From Lingula anatina (Eukaryota > Animalia > Brachiopoda): DNA of 64,000 bases. Of this stretch, positions 26,438-48,734 are shown in pieces (within the stretch, counting starts at the first letter, position 1; every line of letters starts with the position of its first letter). The notes beneath the pieces were generated by a model. The model was not told where the DNA came from. It saw nothing but the letters and a program-made list of their open reading frames with translations, and did not search any database. Location: NCBI GenBank assembly GCA_051362555.1, contig CM120642.1:15190001-15254000 (forward strand), written 5' to 3'. The position numbers were made by a program, and so were the translations under genes.

Positions 26438-27804
26438 TGGACAATAGAAGTGTCACCCCCTAACTCAGAGTAATAAAAGTAGGCAGATCCTGGGTAGTTA
26501 TAATGCCTGGTCTACTTATAATGTGATTAATGAGTATAAAACCACTTTACCATGGAATTGTATTGTTGGTCTTGTACATGTACAGCAAATGATATTCCTG
26601 TCTTCTTCCAATATGGCAAGATACAGGCAATTATCTAACTGTTATAGGTGCAAGTTATTAACCTGAAGAGGCGGAATATAAGCAATGTCAGAATATCGAT
26701 ACAATTGAATTGTTCAGTCAGAACCGTGCAGAGGGTCTGGTTTCGGTATAGAAACACTGGATCAAGAGACAAATTCCCTCTGATGGGTCGTCCAAGAAAG
26801 ACTACTGGCCGTGAAGACCGACGACTGATTTTGATGTCCAGGTTGTCAAAGTTCGACACTGCTTGTCAGTTGACAACACAGTGGAACAATTTCACGCATA
26901 AGAATGTGTCTGTGAAAATTGCTAGGCGTCGGTTACATGCGCATAGAGTGTACAGCAGGGTAGCAAGACTGAAACCTCTTATATCGTTACAAAACAGGCA
27001 ACGTAGAGTGAACTAGGGTCAACAGGATCTGGAACTGGACAGTCCATGACAATTGGTCCTATATATTTTTTTCTGATGAGTGTCGCTTTGGTCTGACCTC
27101 TGATGACAGACGGGTACGATGCTGGCAAACTGCTGGTAAAGCATTTGAACCACATGCACTGAATTTTCGAATCCGGAGCAGCATATTCATCATGGCGTGG
27201 GGCTGCATCAGCATCCATGGCGTGGGTGAATTGATAGTGGTTGATGCAAACATGAATCAGTAGAAAAATATCGATGTTTTGGAGTCAGGCTTGCTACCAT
27301 CTATTACTAACATGTTTGGTGACAGGAATTATCCATTTGTTCACCAGGATGACATTGCTCATTGTCACAGGCCCAGGGCAGTTGATGATTGGTTTGACCA
27401 ACAGGACATTCGCAGGGTGATGTGGCCTGCCCAGAGTTCGGATGCAAACATAATAGAAAATGTGTGGAATGATGTCAAAACTTTTGACAAATGCCCGTCT
27501 AACCAGCAGAGAAACTCTGTTAAATTCAGTGTTTCATGCTTGGGCCAGCATAAGCCCTGAACGCATCAGACAATTATATGAATCCTTGCCTCGTTGACTG
27601 GCACCTATAATTAGGTCACGTGGCTATGCCACTAAGTACTAATTTTGGACTTGAAACTGCATATTTTGGAAGAATGCATATTTTGTTCTCATTTTGTGAT
27701 TTTTTGTGAAATTTGATGTTAATAAAATGATGACAGGAGAATATCATTCCACGGTCATTTATCTCCCCCATAGTATTGGTTCAGCAGGGGTGACACTTCT
27801 ATTG

Positions 27805-27876
<72 letters not shown>

Positions 27877-30159
27877 TTATTGTTTAATGACGTGTACAGA
27901 TACTTTTTTCACTTAAAAATAAACCTGTGAAAAATCTCTTTCACGTTGAATTAAGTGTACTATTTCACAAGTGGATAGGTAGGTAGTGTACACGGCTGTG
28001 TTATTGGCCATAACCTTTATCCCCTTGTCGTATGGAAACTTTTTAAAGATTCACTATTAGGATATTCCCAATTCTTCTATTTTAATCGAAATGCCAATGA
28101 TACAATAACATGTCACATTTGCAGGCATGGAATTTGTATCACCAAGAAGACGCATGGTATCCGTGTGCACATTAGCTATGTCCTGGGGAATAGGCATGGT
28201 GCTTACAACTCCTGTGGCTTACCTTATACGAGACTGGAAATATCTACAGTTGGCTGTGGCCTTGCCACCATTCTTATACCTAGGCTTCTGGTGGTAGCTT
28301 CTGTTTCTCTCTTGCTTAACGTACTGTGATTTTTTTTTTCTAGCAATACAAACGAGCGTGTATTGGTATTTTCATGTAAAATGTATTGGAACGTAAGCAT
28401 GCGTACATGCAACCATGCATGCATTGAATGATGTATATTTATGTTTTAGAAATTTTAGGAAGTATTCTGACTTCCAGGGTAATCCCGGAGTCACCTCGTT
28501 GGCTGTTATCTAGGGGTAGATACGCAGAAGCTGAGGACATAGTGAAATGGGCGGCAAGAGTGAATAAAAAGGCGATTCCAGAAGTCGACCAGCTATTCAA
28601 TGAACATTCTTTGCAAATAACCCCCTCTTTAAGTCCTCTTAAAATTTTTCACGCACCAAGACTTATGGCGAGGACAGCAGTGATGATTTTCGGCTGGTAT
28701 GAGACCATTTAACGCCTTTTGAATAGAAAAAATGGTACGTTACTGATGGTTTAAACTGTATATATTGTCAGTGAAGCGAAATCAGTCATTCGGTGTGAAT
28801 CTGAAAGATTTTGGATTGGTCACACCTACATGTTCCACATATACATTGACATTTCACTCTACTAAGTTAATTTAAGACATATTTCGGAGAATAAATACTT
28901 GTGAGTTATGATGCTAACGCATTGTTATATTTTAGGATTACAGTCGCAATTTCGTGGTATGGTCTTACACTAAATCAGGGTTCCCTAGATGGAGATATCT
29001 TCATCAATGCTCTTGTCCTGTCTGTAATCGACCTCATAGCCTACGCGTCGATGTTCATCATCAACAAATTTGGAAGAAGAAAAACATACTGTGCTGGCAT
29101 GATGATCTCTGCTTTGTCCATGTTGACTACAATACCGGTTCATTTCTTTGCAGACATAGGTATTATTCAAAACTGACTCTGCACGAAATCTGAAACATAA
29201 TAGGTAATAGTAGTATTTGGGACTTGGGATTTGTGATAAATCAAAGGCTTCGGCCAAAAATGAATCCTCATACCACATGTTTTTAGACGCCTTTTTTAAA
29301 TTCTGTATTTCCACCGGTTTAGATGAATAGTAATGTAAAGCAGACTAGGGGTCGTTCGTGTAGGACCTACCTAGATGAAAGAAAATAGTGACCTTAATTA
29401 ATGTTATTGCGCTCTTTCCTTCAATATTTCAGAGAGTCCTAATACCAGAACCGCCTTTACAGCTTTGTACACTATAGGGAAACTGGGCGTCAGCGGTAAC
29501 TTCTCCCTTCTTTTCATGTGGAATGGGGAGTTCTATCCAACAGCCTTACGGAATTTTGGATTAGGTTTAGGGTGTACATTTGGCCGTGTTGCGGCTATTG
29601 TATCACCAGTTGTTATGGTACGCTACCCTGATATGTCGTGCATAACAAGTTCTTCATCACGTTTTATAGATTTATATCGAGTTAATAATTTGAGGCTATA
29701 TATATAATTTGACAATCAATTTATAAATTTCAACTTCAATACAAACCAATCTTTCATTTTTTCTACTAGCTCATAAGCTTATAGTTTCATTTGATTCACA
29801 TATAATAATGCATAATGTAATCTTAGGAATACTTTTTATATGCAAAAAGACAATTTCATTCTTGAGCGTTCAAAGCAAGCCTTCTCATTTTGATAGGACC
29901 TATTAGGAGAACATCCAGTTCTTGGTAACACTGTTCCTCTGATATTGTTTGGCTGCATGGCATTGTTCTGTGCTTTGAGTGGTATATATCTCCCTGAAAC
30001 CGCCCACAAACACCTGCCAGAGACCTTGGAAGATGCTCAAAACTTTGGAGTAAAACGGTTGGTTATATACTTACCTGGCGACACCTTCTTATCTCTTTCC
30101 CTCATTTAAAACATGTCAGCTGTCTCTTCCACTGTCGCTCTCTCTCTTCATCTCTCCCC

Positions 30160-30193
<34 letters not shown>

Positions 30194-30512
30194 GACACAC
30201 AAACACACACACACACATAAACGCACGTTCGCACATACATACATACATACATACATACATACATACTTACTTACTTCGCTTGTGGTGTCAACACGCAACT
30301 TTGTTCCTACATATAACAGAGATGAATTGTACAATATTTCAAATGTTAGGTACTTCTCACACAATCTGATGAGTCAATTGTAATAGCAGAATACTTTATA
30401 ACAAAAATGTACCATTGTTGTTAAAAACGGATAAATACATTTCAGGAGAAAAAGTGGCATCAACCAAGACTCAAATGAGAATGCCCCATCGACATTTGAA
30501 ATGGTTTCTTAA
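23384..30512 (+). CDS. SLC22: SLC22-family organic ion transporter, tandem copy 2, 545 aa, 10 exons
   Basis: Exons 23384-23526, 24331-24541, 25003-25106, 26189-26343, 28125-28293, 28478-28696, 28936-29159, 29433-29617, 29897-30057, 30446-30512; all GT-AG, frame open, same motifs as copy 1. Confidence 0.93.
26433..27813 (+). mobile_element. Full-length but inactivated Tc1/mariner (DD34E) transposon in intron 4 of SLC22 copy 2
   Basis: 22-bp perfect TIR core TGGACAATAGAAGTGTCACCCC (26438-26459 / 27787-27808) with (TA)n on both flanks. Transposase relic 26613-27642 has an HTH region, GRPRKT, FSDECRF, MAWGCIS, QDDIAHCH, WPAQSSDANIIENVW and C-terminal GYATKY*. It carries several stops and frameshifts (e.g. 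TAG at 27014). Confidence 0.93.
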
Positions 30513-31157
30513 GTGCAACGACTACAATTTCATGGATGTGGACTGATTTTTGTAGCAGTTTGGTATCTTTGTGTCAGCTGATCCTGGCACATTGTTGGCT
30601 TATGTATTATGATATTTTATAAATGTGACACTGATGAATGGAAGCACGTTAAAATTGCACGTAATAAAAAGAAAAACGAAGAATGTCAATAATTGCAAAC
30701 TTGCATTTTACGGATATTCAATAATTATTAGCTCACTTTTCAAAGCAAGCGTTTTCTTGGCACAAACAAGCGTTTTCTTGGCACAGTACAAATTTCTTTA
30801 CGGCCTGACATATGCTTTAATACGACCATTATTGGATAAGATAATCAAACCCTCGGCTGCTTTTATCACTTTATACAGATCTATCAAAACCAAAACACAG
30901 GAACGAGAGGTTGAGTCTAGGCCTCTTGATCACATAAGACACCACATTAAAGCCAAATTTATGCCTCCTCCATCCAAGTGTACCGCCAACTTTTATAGCC
31001 CAATTCACAACAAAGACAAAATGCAACAGAGAATATAGATTGTTCGAGATTTTTTAAAACAAACAAACAAGGCCGAATTCATTATATAACCCCACTGTGA
31101 ACGAGGTTCTCTACATCGAAAGAGTGTTAATAATGAAAAGGGAGATCGTAGAAATCT

Positions 31158-31417
31158 AGCGTTAATTGAAACCTTGAACTCTTGGTAGAACCAGCTTATA
31201 GAACACCCTTACCTCGGTAACACTACAATGATGCTGTTGGGCTGTATGACATTGCATGGTTTCCTCACTGAGCGGTCTGTATCTTCCCGAAACAGCCCAT
31301 AAACACCTGCCGGAGACTTTGGAGGATGCCGAGAACTTTGGAGTTAAACGGTTTGTATCTATATATATAACTCTCTCATTCACTTCCCATTGTTTGGCGC
31401 GCCCTCTCTCTCTTGCT

Positions 31418-31461
<44 letters not shown>

Positions 31462-31747
31462 CCTCTCTCACACACACAAACACTAATACACGCGCGCATG
31501 CGTACGACTACACAGTCACTTTATGGAGACTTCAAAACAATACTATTACATTTTGTCTGTACATAAAAGAGAATAATTTTGCTCAATATTTCAGGTGCTA
31601 TTGCTACTTCTAATACAGTCTTGTAAGTAGATTGTAATAGCAGAATAACGTAACATCGATGCTTAAAACGGATATGATTATTTTAGGAGGAAGAGGGGCA
31701 TCAACAACAACTCAAGTGAGTATGTCCCACCGACAACCACAATATGA
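31158..31747 (+). pseudogene. Orphan exon 9 + exon 10 relic of SLC22 copy 1 type
   Basis: From 31158 the sequence aligns with 21552 onward (copy 1 end of intron 8, exon 9, intron 9, exon 10, 3' flank). Pseudo-exon 9 (31189-31350) has a 3-nt deletion and a 4-nt CATG insertion (frameshift). Pseudo-exon 10 (from 31687) has lost 26 nt including the stop codon. Confidence 0.9.
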
Positions 31748-32953
31748 TGTGTACTGGTTTTGTAGCAATTTTGTACCTTTGGATCAGTATTTTAGCTAAT
31801 GAGGCCTGATATGTTCTATATTATTATTTAAAATAAAAATACGGAAAGAAAGAATGGCAACAAACTGAACCGTGTAATTTTACGGATTTTCGATAATGAT
31901 TAATTCATTTATATTTATACAAGCGTTTCTTTGGTATATTACGAATTTCTTTACAATAGGCATTCGCTTTAATGCGACCATTACTGGATGAAATAATAAA
32001 TGCCTCGTCCTCTTATAATTATATATACAGAACTATGCAACCCAGAACACAAGAAGAAGAGGCTAGATTTCAATTATTTCATTAATTGACTTACTGTCGT
32101 TCACAAAAGGTAGCGCAATAGAGAGAATTATTTCGCCACAGCTCTTCTGTTACAACTATAGCTTTTTTTGCGTTATACAATTTAAATGCAACTGCATGTG
32201 TATTGATTATTTTATCTTATTTGTCTCGCCATACATTTATCAAGTATTTAATTTTTTTACCTCGACCAACTTGATTATCTATCCTTTTTACCATATGCAT
32301 GAATATGACACTGATATGACACAGCTAGGCCAATTATTTTCAGTTATTTTGAGCGATCAAGAGTCAAAAGGAACACTGATTTTGTTTTTCATTTAAACTC
32401 AGTCACCTTTTCATGTTGTCCACTTCAACGTGAATGTCTTGAGTTGTATTATGCTTTCCATCGATGTCGGTGTCAATACACACATACTCACATTAGCATA
32501 CAGGTAAACAATGAAGATGCAGGTGTACAGAGGCCTAGTCCTTGACGGTTACTTCTAACGAGATAAGAGCGGGTGGTAAACTGACATTTAATACACACAG
32601 TGACAAACTTAATGACATTTTTTTTTTTTGTTTCTATAACAAACACTTATGTTTAGCTGTTAATTAGTACACTTTAAAATACAGAATTTGGAGTTGTTGT
32701 GCGTATTTTGGCTAATGAGCTAAACATTTTAAAACAGTATGTTCCTTTATGTAGGAACTCTATTACATCATTCTTTAGCTATATTATCTAATAAATTTAA
32801 ACATGAAATATACTATCTATGACCTATTTTAACTCTAGTTCATTTTATCTGATATGCGGGAATAGCATCGGAAGTGCAACAACTAGTGTCAAGCACTTCG
32901 TCGCAGCCGTAACGCCGATATACACGGATTAAACAGCAGGCAGACTGCTAATG

Positions 32954-35900
32954 ATGGAATTCGATGATGTAATCCGATGTGTTGGAGAGTTTGGGAGGAT
33001 TCAGCTTCGGACGACAATATTTAGTGGTCTAGTGACAATGTCGACAGCCATGCAAATGATGGTAACCGTCTTTATGCAGCAATTACCGGCGCATAGGTAA
33101 AATAAGTGTCAAATGGCATTGGTTTTAGTTGAGCCTTTTCATATTGCCAAAGAATAAGTCGCTTGTTCTCTTGTCTAACAATCATGAATATATCCATCTT
33201 AAAATCGGCGTTAATGTATGTTTATTTTTCCTTGTGCATAGTTGCTTTGATCTATTAACGTTTTCAACCAAATTAAATATAAAAATTAGGGGAATAACAG
33301 TGGATATTGATGATGTGACCTATCACTCTTTGGGAAAAATTTTCTTCAACTGTGCGATTCACAATGCCATCTGCAAAACTTGTTTACGCACAATTGATCA
33401 TCGAAATATGGTTAATATTCGTTGCAGTTCATAGGTTACCTCCAGTGAAGATTTTGTAGCTTTAGACAGGTTAAAAATAGCGAAAAAAGGTTATGTAAGG
33501 CAAAATTTACACGTATGCCAAATAATCCCCGAGATGTCTTTGTTTGTTTTAAAAATCGGGCCAACATAAAATGCCAACATAGAGGCAAATGGGGAGAGCT
33601 CCATCTTGACTAGAAACGCCAGGGTTGTTTTCAAACATTTCAAATTGGCTCGAAAGCAATTTGTTTTGCCATTGTTAACATATATCGTAATAGTTCATTT
33701 TTCAACCTGACAGTGCAATCATACCCATTTGTTTAATTCAAGACGTCAAATGGGATTTGTAATATCTCAACAAACTATATAAAAAGGTGATAACGTCTTG
33801 GATAAACATTCTATAAAACTTACATCGTAGGTCGATTAACAATTCATGTTTTCAGGTGTGCCATTCCAGGCCTGGCAAACGACACCTTTGAAATCCAGGG
33901 TACATGGCACCAATATCTTATCAACCAAACCATTCCTGTAGACGAGAATGGGGAGTATGAGGGATGTCTGTGGCGTAGTGGAAATGATTCCGGAAATGGT
34001 AGTGTGTTGCCGTGCAAGGACTGGGTTTATGATACATCTGTATTCCCGAGAACGTTTCCTACAGAAGTGAGTAGTTCATTGGTTTATTGTTGTAATATAC
34101 CTTGCTAAGCTGTGATTTTTGTGCCACACTGTATGACACTGGCGAATCTATAAAATAATTTGGAACGGGTTTGTAATGCATAACAGTGCCAAAACCAAGT
34201 TCAAACAGTTGAAATGGGAATCTACGTACACCAAGCTTAACCCAAGATGTAAGAGAAAAACAACCTGTGTTGATACAGTGAGAAATCATAATAGTTTTTC
34301 AGCCCTTGAAAAGGTAAATATCCATCTAAACCATGAAAACAGATTTATGTCAAAATGAATTTAGATACCGGTACCTGTATACGATACCAATTAAAACAAC
34401 TATATAACTGTATTGGTGTATTATGTATATACAATGTACAAGGTCATAAAATATACATGCACCAGAAACTGATTGAATTGAATTGAGATGAATGGATAAT
34501 CTCTGTTTTTAATTTCAGTTTGGCCTATTTTGTGACAGTTCCTTGCTAATAAATATGGTCAACGTGGTCTATCTAGCAGGAGTGGCCTTGGGGGCCATTG
34601 TCGGTGGTTTAGCGGCAGACTAGTAAGCATGTCGTTTAGTGATTTCTTTTAGTATATAGGCTGTCAATATTCAATGAAATCAGCTAAAGTATTTTGTATC
34701 TTTTACATCAGTTTATATTTGCCTTAATACTCGTATGGCATTGTTCAAATAAACTTAGGGTCGCATTGCAGGGAGCTGGCAATTAAATCAGTAGATCTTC
34801 AGATATACTGTTATGAATGGCCTCTTGGAGACGAAAAATTATCATATAAACATATTCTGCTCACATAAGATATCGGGCTCTTGTTTCTCAATCAACGGGA
34901 TATTACAGGTATCTCTTTTAAGTGGTATTTTAGGCATTGGGGATTTATCAACCGCTTATATGTGTTTCATAAAAAAAGTTGTCGCAGACGAAAAATCAAA
35001 ATAATTAAAAGGGGTATTCCTTTAATTTTTTATCAATTTATATTCAAGCCTAAATTTCGATCTTGAAATTTTATTGTTGAAAAGTTTGCCAGCCTAAAAA
35101 AATAATGATAAGTTCTTTTAATGCACATAATAAAAAGAATGATGTCCATCCCCCACGTATTTTACAAAACATTTAACAAGCATAAATCAAATTTTATGTC
35201 AGTTAGTAATATTCCAATCTTGGTTGACTACAAAAAGCGGTAAAATATTAGCAAAGATCTAACCACTCTTGTGGATGCCAGTGACATATACAGTAACTTA
35301 AGTCCGCGGAAAAAACTGTGTTAACATTACTGGTAGCTGTTATCAAATATTGAAAACTAAGGTGGTTTACTTCTTTTATAAAGGAACTAGTTTCAAAATT
35401 GTGCTAAACTTTCTTTTCTACCGGTTTGTTTATTTCCTTATTGGTATCAAACATATTTTAATGGAGGATAATTCACTTTATTGTTTTCACAGAATTTATT
35501 TAAAATAGTTCACCAAGTTTGGTGGTATATTTAGACTCCATAATAGGAATACACTTTTTCATTATTCTGTTTTCAGTATTGGTCGCAAGTGGGTATCTTT
35601 CATCGCCTGTTTGATACATGGCGTCGGAGGATTGGGAGCCGCTTTCTCACCTAACTACGGGACTTATGTTGCATTCCGTTTCGTCGTTGGCAGCTGTCAA
35701 GGCATTCTTAACAGCTCGGTCGTGGTTCTAAGTAGGTATTCTCGAGAGAACACACACACACATATATATCTTTAATGTTTAATGACGTGTACAGATGCTT
35801 TTTTATCTAAAAATACACCTATGAAAAATCTCTTTCACGTTGAATTAAGTGTACTATTTCACAAGTGGATATGTGTATAAAACTACAGGTAGGTAATGTA

Positions 35901-38065
35901 CACGGCTGTGTTATTGGCCATAACCTTTTTTCCCCTTGTCGTGGGGAAACTTTTTAAAGGATGTTCCCATTTCTGCAATTTTAATCAAAATGGCAATGAT
36001 ACAATAACATGTCACATTTGCAGTCATGGAATTTGTATCACCAAGAAGGCGGATGGTATCCGTGTGCACATTAGCTATGTCCTGGGGAATAGGCATGGTG
36101 CTTACAACTCCTGTGGCTTACCTTATACGGGACTGGAGATATCTACAGTTGGCTGTGGCCTTGCCACCATTCTTATACCTAGGCTTCTGGCGGTAGGTTC
36201 TGTTTATCTCTTGCTTAACGTACGTAACAAAACAAACGAGCATGCATTAATAGTTTCATGTAAATTTTATTGGAACGCAAGCATGTGTACATGCAACCAT
36301 GCATGCATTGAATGATGTATATTTATTTTGTAGAAATTTTAGGAAGTGTTTTGACTTACAGGGTAATCCCGGAGTCACCTCGTTGGCTGTTATCTCGGGG
36401 TAGATACGCAGAAGCTGAGGACATAGTGAAATGGGCGGCTAGAGTGAATAAAAAGGCGATTCCAGAAGTCGACCAGCTATTCAATGAAAATTCTTTGCAA
36501 ATAACCCCCTCTTTAAGTCCACTTAAAATTTTTCACGCACCAAGACTTATGGCGAGGACAGCAGTGATAAGTTGCGGCTGGTATGAGACCATTTTATGCC
36601 TTTTGAATAGAATAAATGGTACGTTGCTGATGGTTTAAACTGTATATAGAGGGAAAACAGCCATTTTTGTCAGTGAAGCGAAATCAGTCATTCGGTGTGA
36701 ATCTTAAAGATTTTGGATCGGCCACACAACCGTTACCTTAAATTTTTTTGTCAAACGCGCGATATGATGTGCTACAACAACACCTACATGTACCACATAT
36801 GCAGTGACATTTCACTCTACTAGGTTAATTAAAGACATATTTCGGAGAATAAATATTTGTGAGTTATGATCCTAACGCAATGTTATATTTTAGGATTACA
36901 GTCGCAATTTCGTGGTACGGTCTTACACTAAATCAGGGTTCCCTAGATGGAGATATCTTCATCAATGCATTTGTCCTGTCTGTAATCGACATCATAGCCA
37001 AGGCGTCGATGTTCATCATCAACAGATTTGGAAGAAGAAAAACATTCTGTGCCGGCATGATGATCTCTGCTTTGTCCATGTTGACTACAGTACCGGTTCA
37101 TTTCTTTGCAGACAGAGGTATTATTTAAAACTGACTCAGCACGAAATCTGAAACATAATGGGTAATACTAGTATTTGGGATTTGGGATTTGTGTTAAATC
37201 AAAGGCTTCGGCCTAAATGATTTCTCATACTACATGTTTTTAGAAGCCTTTTTTAATTCTGTATTTCCATCAGTTTAGATGAATAGTAATGTAAAGCAGA
37301 CTAGGGGTCGTTCGTGTAGGACCTACCTAGATGAAATAAAATAGTGACCTTAATTAATGTTATTGCGCTCTTCCCTTCAATGTTTCAGAGAGTCCTTCTA
37401 CCAGAACCGCCTTTACAGCACTGTACACTATAGGGAAGATGGGCTTCAGCGGTAACTTCAACCTTCTTTTCATGTGGAATGGCGAGTTCTATCCAACAGC
37501 CTTACGGAATTTCGGATTAGGTTTAGGATGTACATTTGGTCGTGTTGCGGCTATTGTATCACCAGTTGTTATGGTACGCAACCTTGATATGTCATGCATA
37601 ACAAGTTCTTCGTCATGTTTTATAGATTTATGTCGAGTTAATAATTTGAGGCTATATATAATTTGACAACAAATTTATAAATTTCATCTTCAAGTTACAA
37701 ACCAATCTTTAATTTTTTCTTAAAGCTCATAAGCTTATAGATTCATTTGATTCACATATAAAATGCATAATGTAATCGTAGACAGTCTGATTTTTGGGCG
37801 TTCAAAGCAAGCCTTCTCATATCGATAGGACCGATTAGGAGAACATCCAGTTCTTGGTAACACTGTTCCTCTGATATTGTTTGGCTGCATGGCATTGTTC
37901 TGTGCTTTGAGTGGTCTATATCTCCCTGAAACCACCCACAAACACCTGCCAGAGACCTTGAAAGATGCTCAAAACTTTGGAGTTAAAAGGTTGGTCATAT
38001 AATTCCTTATCTCTTTCCCTCATTTCACACCTGTCAGCTGTCTATTCCAGTGTTGCTCTCTCTCT

Positions 38066-38131
<66 letters not shown>

Positions 38132-38416
38132 TAAACGCACATTGGCACATACATACAAACATACATACAAGCACACACTTCACTTGTGGTGTCAACACGC
38201 ATCTTTGTTCCTACATATAACAGAGAAGATTTGTACAATATTTCAAATGTTTAGCTACTTCTCTCACAGTCCGATAAGTCAATTGTAATAGCAGAATACT
38301 TTATAAAAAAATGTAACACTGCTGTTAAATACGGATAAATACATTTCAGGAGAAAAGATGGGATCAACCAAGAATCAAATGAGAATGCCCCATCGACATT
38401 TGAAATGGTTTCTTAA
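32954..38416 (+). CDS. SLC22: SLC22-family organic ion transporter, tandem copy 3, 545 aa, 10 exons
   Basis: Exons 32954-33096 (extra in-frame ATG at 32951), 33856-34066, 34519-34622, 35577-35731, 36024-36192, 36362-36580, 36894-37117, 37389-37573, 37829-37989, 38350-38416; all GT-AG, frame open. Confidence 0.93.
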
Positions 38417-39790
38417 GTGCAACGACTACAATTTTATGTATGTGGACTGATTTTTGTAGCAGTTTGGTATCTTTGGGTCAGCTGAGCCTGGCACATTGTA
38501 GGCCTATATAGGTATTTTTAAAATGTTACACTGATGAATGGTAGCAAATTAAAATTGCACGTAATAAAAAGAAGAATGTCAACAATTGCAAACTTGCATT
38601 TTACGGATATTCAATAATTATTAGCTCACTTTTCAACAAGCGTTTTCTTGGCATATTACAAATTTCTTTACGGCGTGAAATATGCTTTAATACGACCATT
38701 ACTGGATAAGATAATCAAACCCTCGGCTGCTAATATCACTTTATACAGATCTATTAAAACCAAAACACGGGAATGAGAGGTTGATTCTAAGCCACTTGAT
38801 TACATAAGAAACCACATTAAAGCCACTTTATGTCTCCTCCATCCCAGTGTACCACTAACTTTCATAGCCCAATTCACAACAAGGCAAAAGGCAACAGAGA
38901 ATATAGATTGTTTGAGATTTTTTAAAACGAACAAACAAACAAACAAGGCCGCCTTTATTATATAACCCCACTTTACACTAGTGTCTACCCGAAAGAGTGT
39001 AAATGATGAAAAGGAAGACCGTAGAAATCTGAAATTAAATGAAGTAATTGAATCGGCGTTACAGGTACCCAAGTGGTATCCAACAAAGTTCGGGGCAGTT
39101 CGTCCGACTATGACATCAGTTTCCATATGGAAGGATCCTCTATTGTGCAGACGCCTTGACGGCTCTCATAGCAAACGAGTAACCTAAATTGACAAAAGAA
39201 TTTTTGTCAACAGGAACTGCTATAATTAGTAAAAACAAGAACTAACCACATTCATGAACGCATTGAGTGGTATTATTCTCTCCACCGATATTAGTATTCA
39301 TATTTAGCTATTATGCTGCCAAAAGGATACATGTAAACATATTATAGAAGATGCAAAGGAACGTAGTCCTTAATGGTGTCTTAACGGCCCTAGACCTAGA
39401 AAGAGATATAGGGGGACACACAGTAAAAAAATAAAACCTTTACGACAGTATAATGTTTTTTTCCACCACTTGCACTTTATTGGAAGTCCTGAGTTTCATT
39501 TATGGTCTTTATACACTTTACAATGCAAAGTTAGGATTTTGTTCATGTGTTTTGCCTAATGTTCTATAGCAGATTTAGGAATCACCTTGTACGAAATTTA
39601 TTAAATTGCTCTTTGGCTGTTTAAAAATTGCATAGGAAATAAACGGACACCAATCCATAATCTTATGTAAATCTCGTTTTTTTATCTGATATGCAGGAAT
39701 GACATCGGAAGTGCAACGACCAGTGTCAAGTTCTTAATCGCGGCTGTAACGACGACATACAAGGATTAAACAGCAGGCAGACTGCTAGTG

Positions 39791-47733
<7,943 letters not shown>

Positions 47734-48734
47734 ATGGTTTCTGAAGTGCAACGACTACAATTTCATGCATGTGGACTGATTTTTGTAGCAGTTTCGTATC
47801 TTTGGGTCAGCTGAGCCTGGCACATTGTAGGCCTATATATCACGGTATTTTTAAATTGTTACACTAATGAATGATAGCAAATTAAAATTGCACGTAATAA
47901 AAAGAAAAAGGAAGAATGTCAAATTGCAAACATTTTCAACAGGCGTTTCCATGGCACAGTACAAATTTCTTTGCGGCGTGACGTACGCTTTAATACTGGA
48001 TAAGACATTGAAACCCTCGGCTGCTTATATAACTTTAAACAGAACTACTGAAACCAGAACACAGGACTGTCAGGTTGATTTAAGGCCTCATGATCGCATA
48101 AGATACCACATTAAAGCCACTTTTATGTCTCCTCCACCCCAGTGTACCACCAACTTTCATAGCCCAATTCACAACAAGAAAGATGGCAACAAAGAATATA
48201 GATGGTTCGAGATTTGGAAAAACAAGGCCACTTTTCTTATATAACCCCATTGTCAGCGAGATTCTCTATAGTAGTTTCTACCTGAAAGAGTGTAAATACT
48301 GAAAGGAAGATCATAGACGTTTAAACTGAAACTAAAAAAAATTGAATCGGCGTATCAGCTGCCCAAGTGGTATCCAACAAATTTCGGGGCACTTCGTCCG
48401 CCTATGACATCAGTTTTCATACGGAAGGACCCTTTTTGTGCAGTCGCCTTGACGGCTACCAGAGCAAACAAGTAACCTATGGGCAGAAGAAGGTTTGTCA
48501 ACATGAAATACTAGTAGAAAAAATACTAACCACATTCATGCAACGGTCGGCGGTTAGTCGATCGATCCCTGTTTGAAGTCGTACATAATGTTTCACTGTT
48601 GTAAAATGTTATTTACCTTCTGTAACGCTTCAGAAGATCAAATCAACTTCTGAAATTTTCTCATCAAAGGAAAAAAACGAAGAAATTTGATGAACTGAAC
48701 ATTTAAGCTGAAGTCTAGAGAAAATGTTTTTGTT

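Noticed and set aside
30625-31038. 137-aa ORF with a similar 125-aa ORF at 47867-48244, suggesting a small conserved gene between transporters
   Set aside because: These are paralogous 3' UTR/spacer sequences; the frame is broken in the copy 3 equivalent (~38530-38950) and indels do not consistently preserve frame.
23384-38416. Copies 2 and 3 as uncollapsed haplotypes (assembly artefact)
   Set aside because: They differ by many substitutions and indels, a Tc1 insertion and pocket residues, and the intervening relic has its own decay mutations; this is more consistent with a real duplication, though long reads should confirm.
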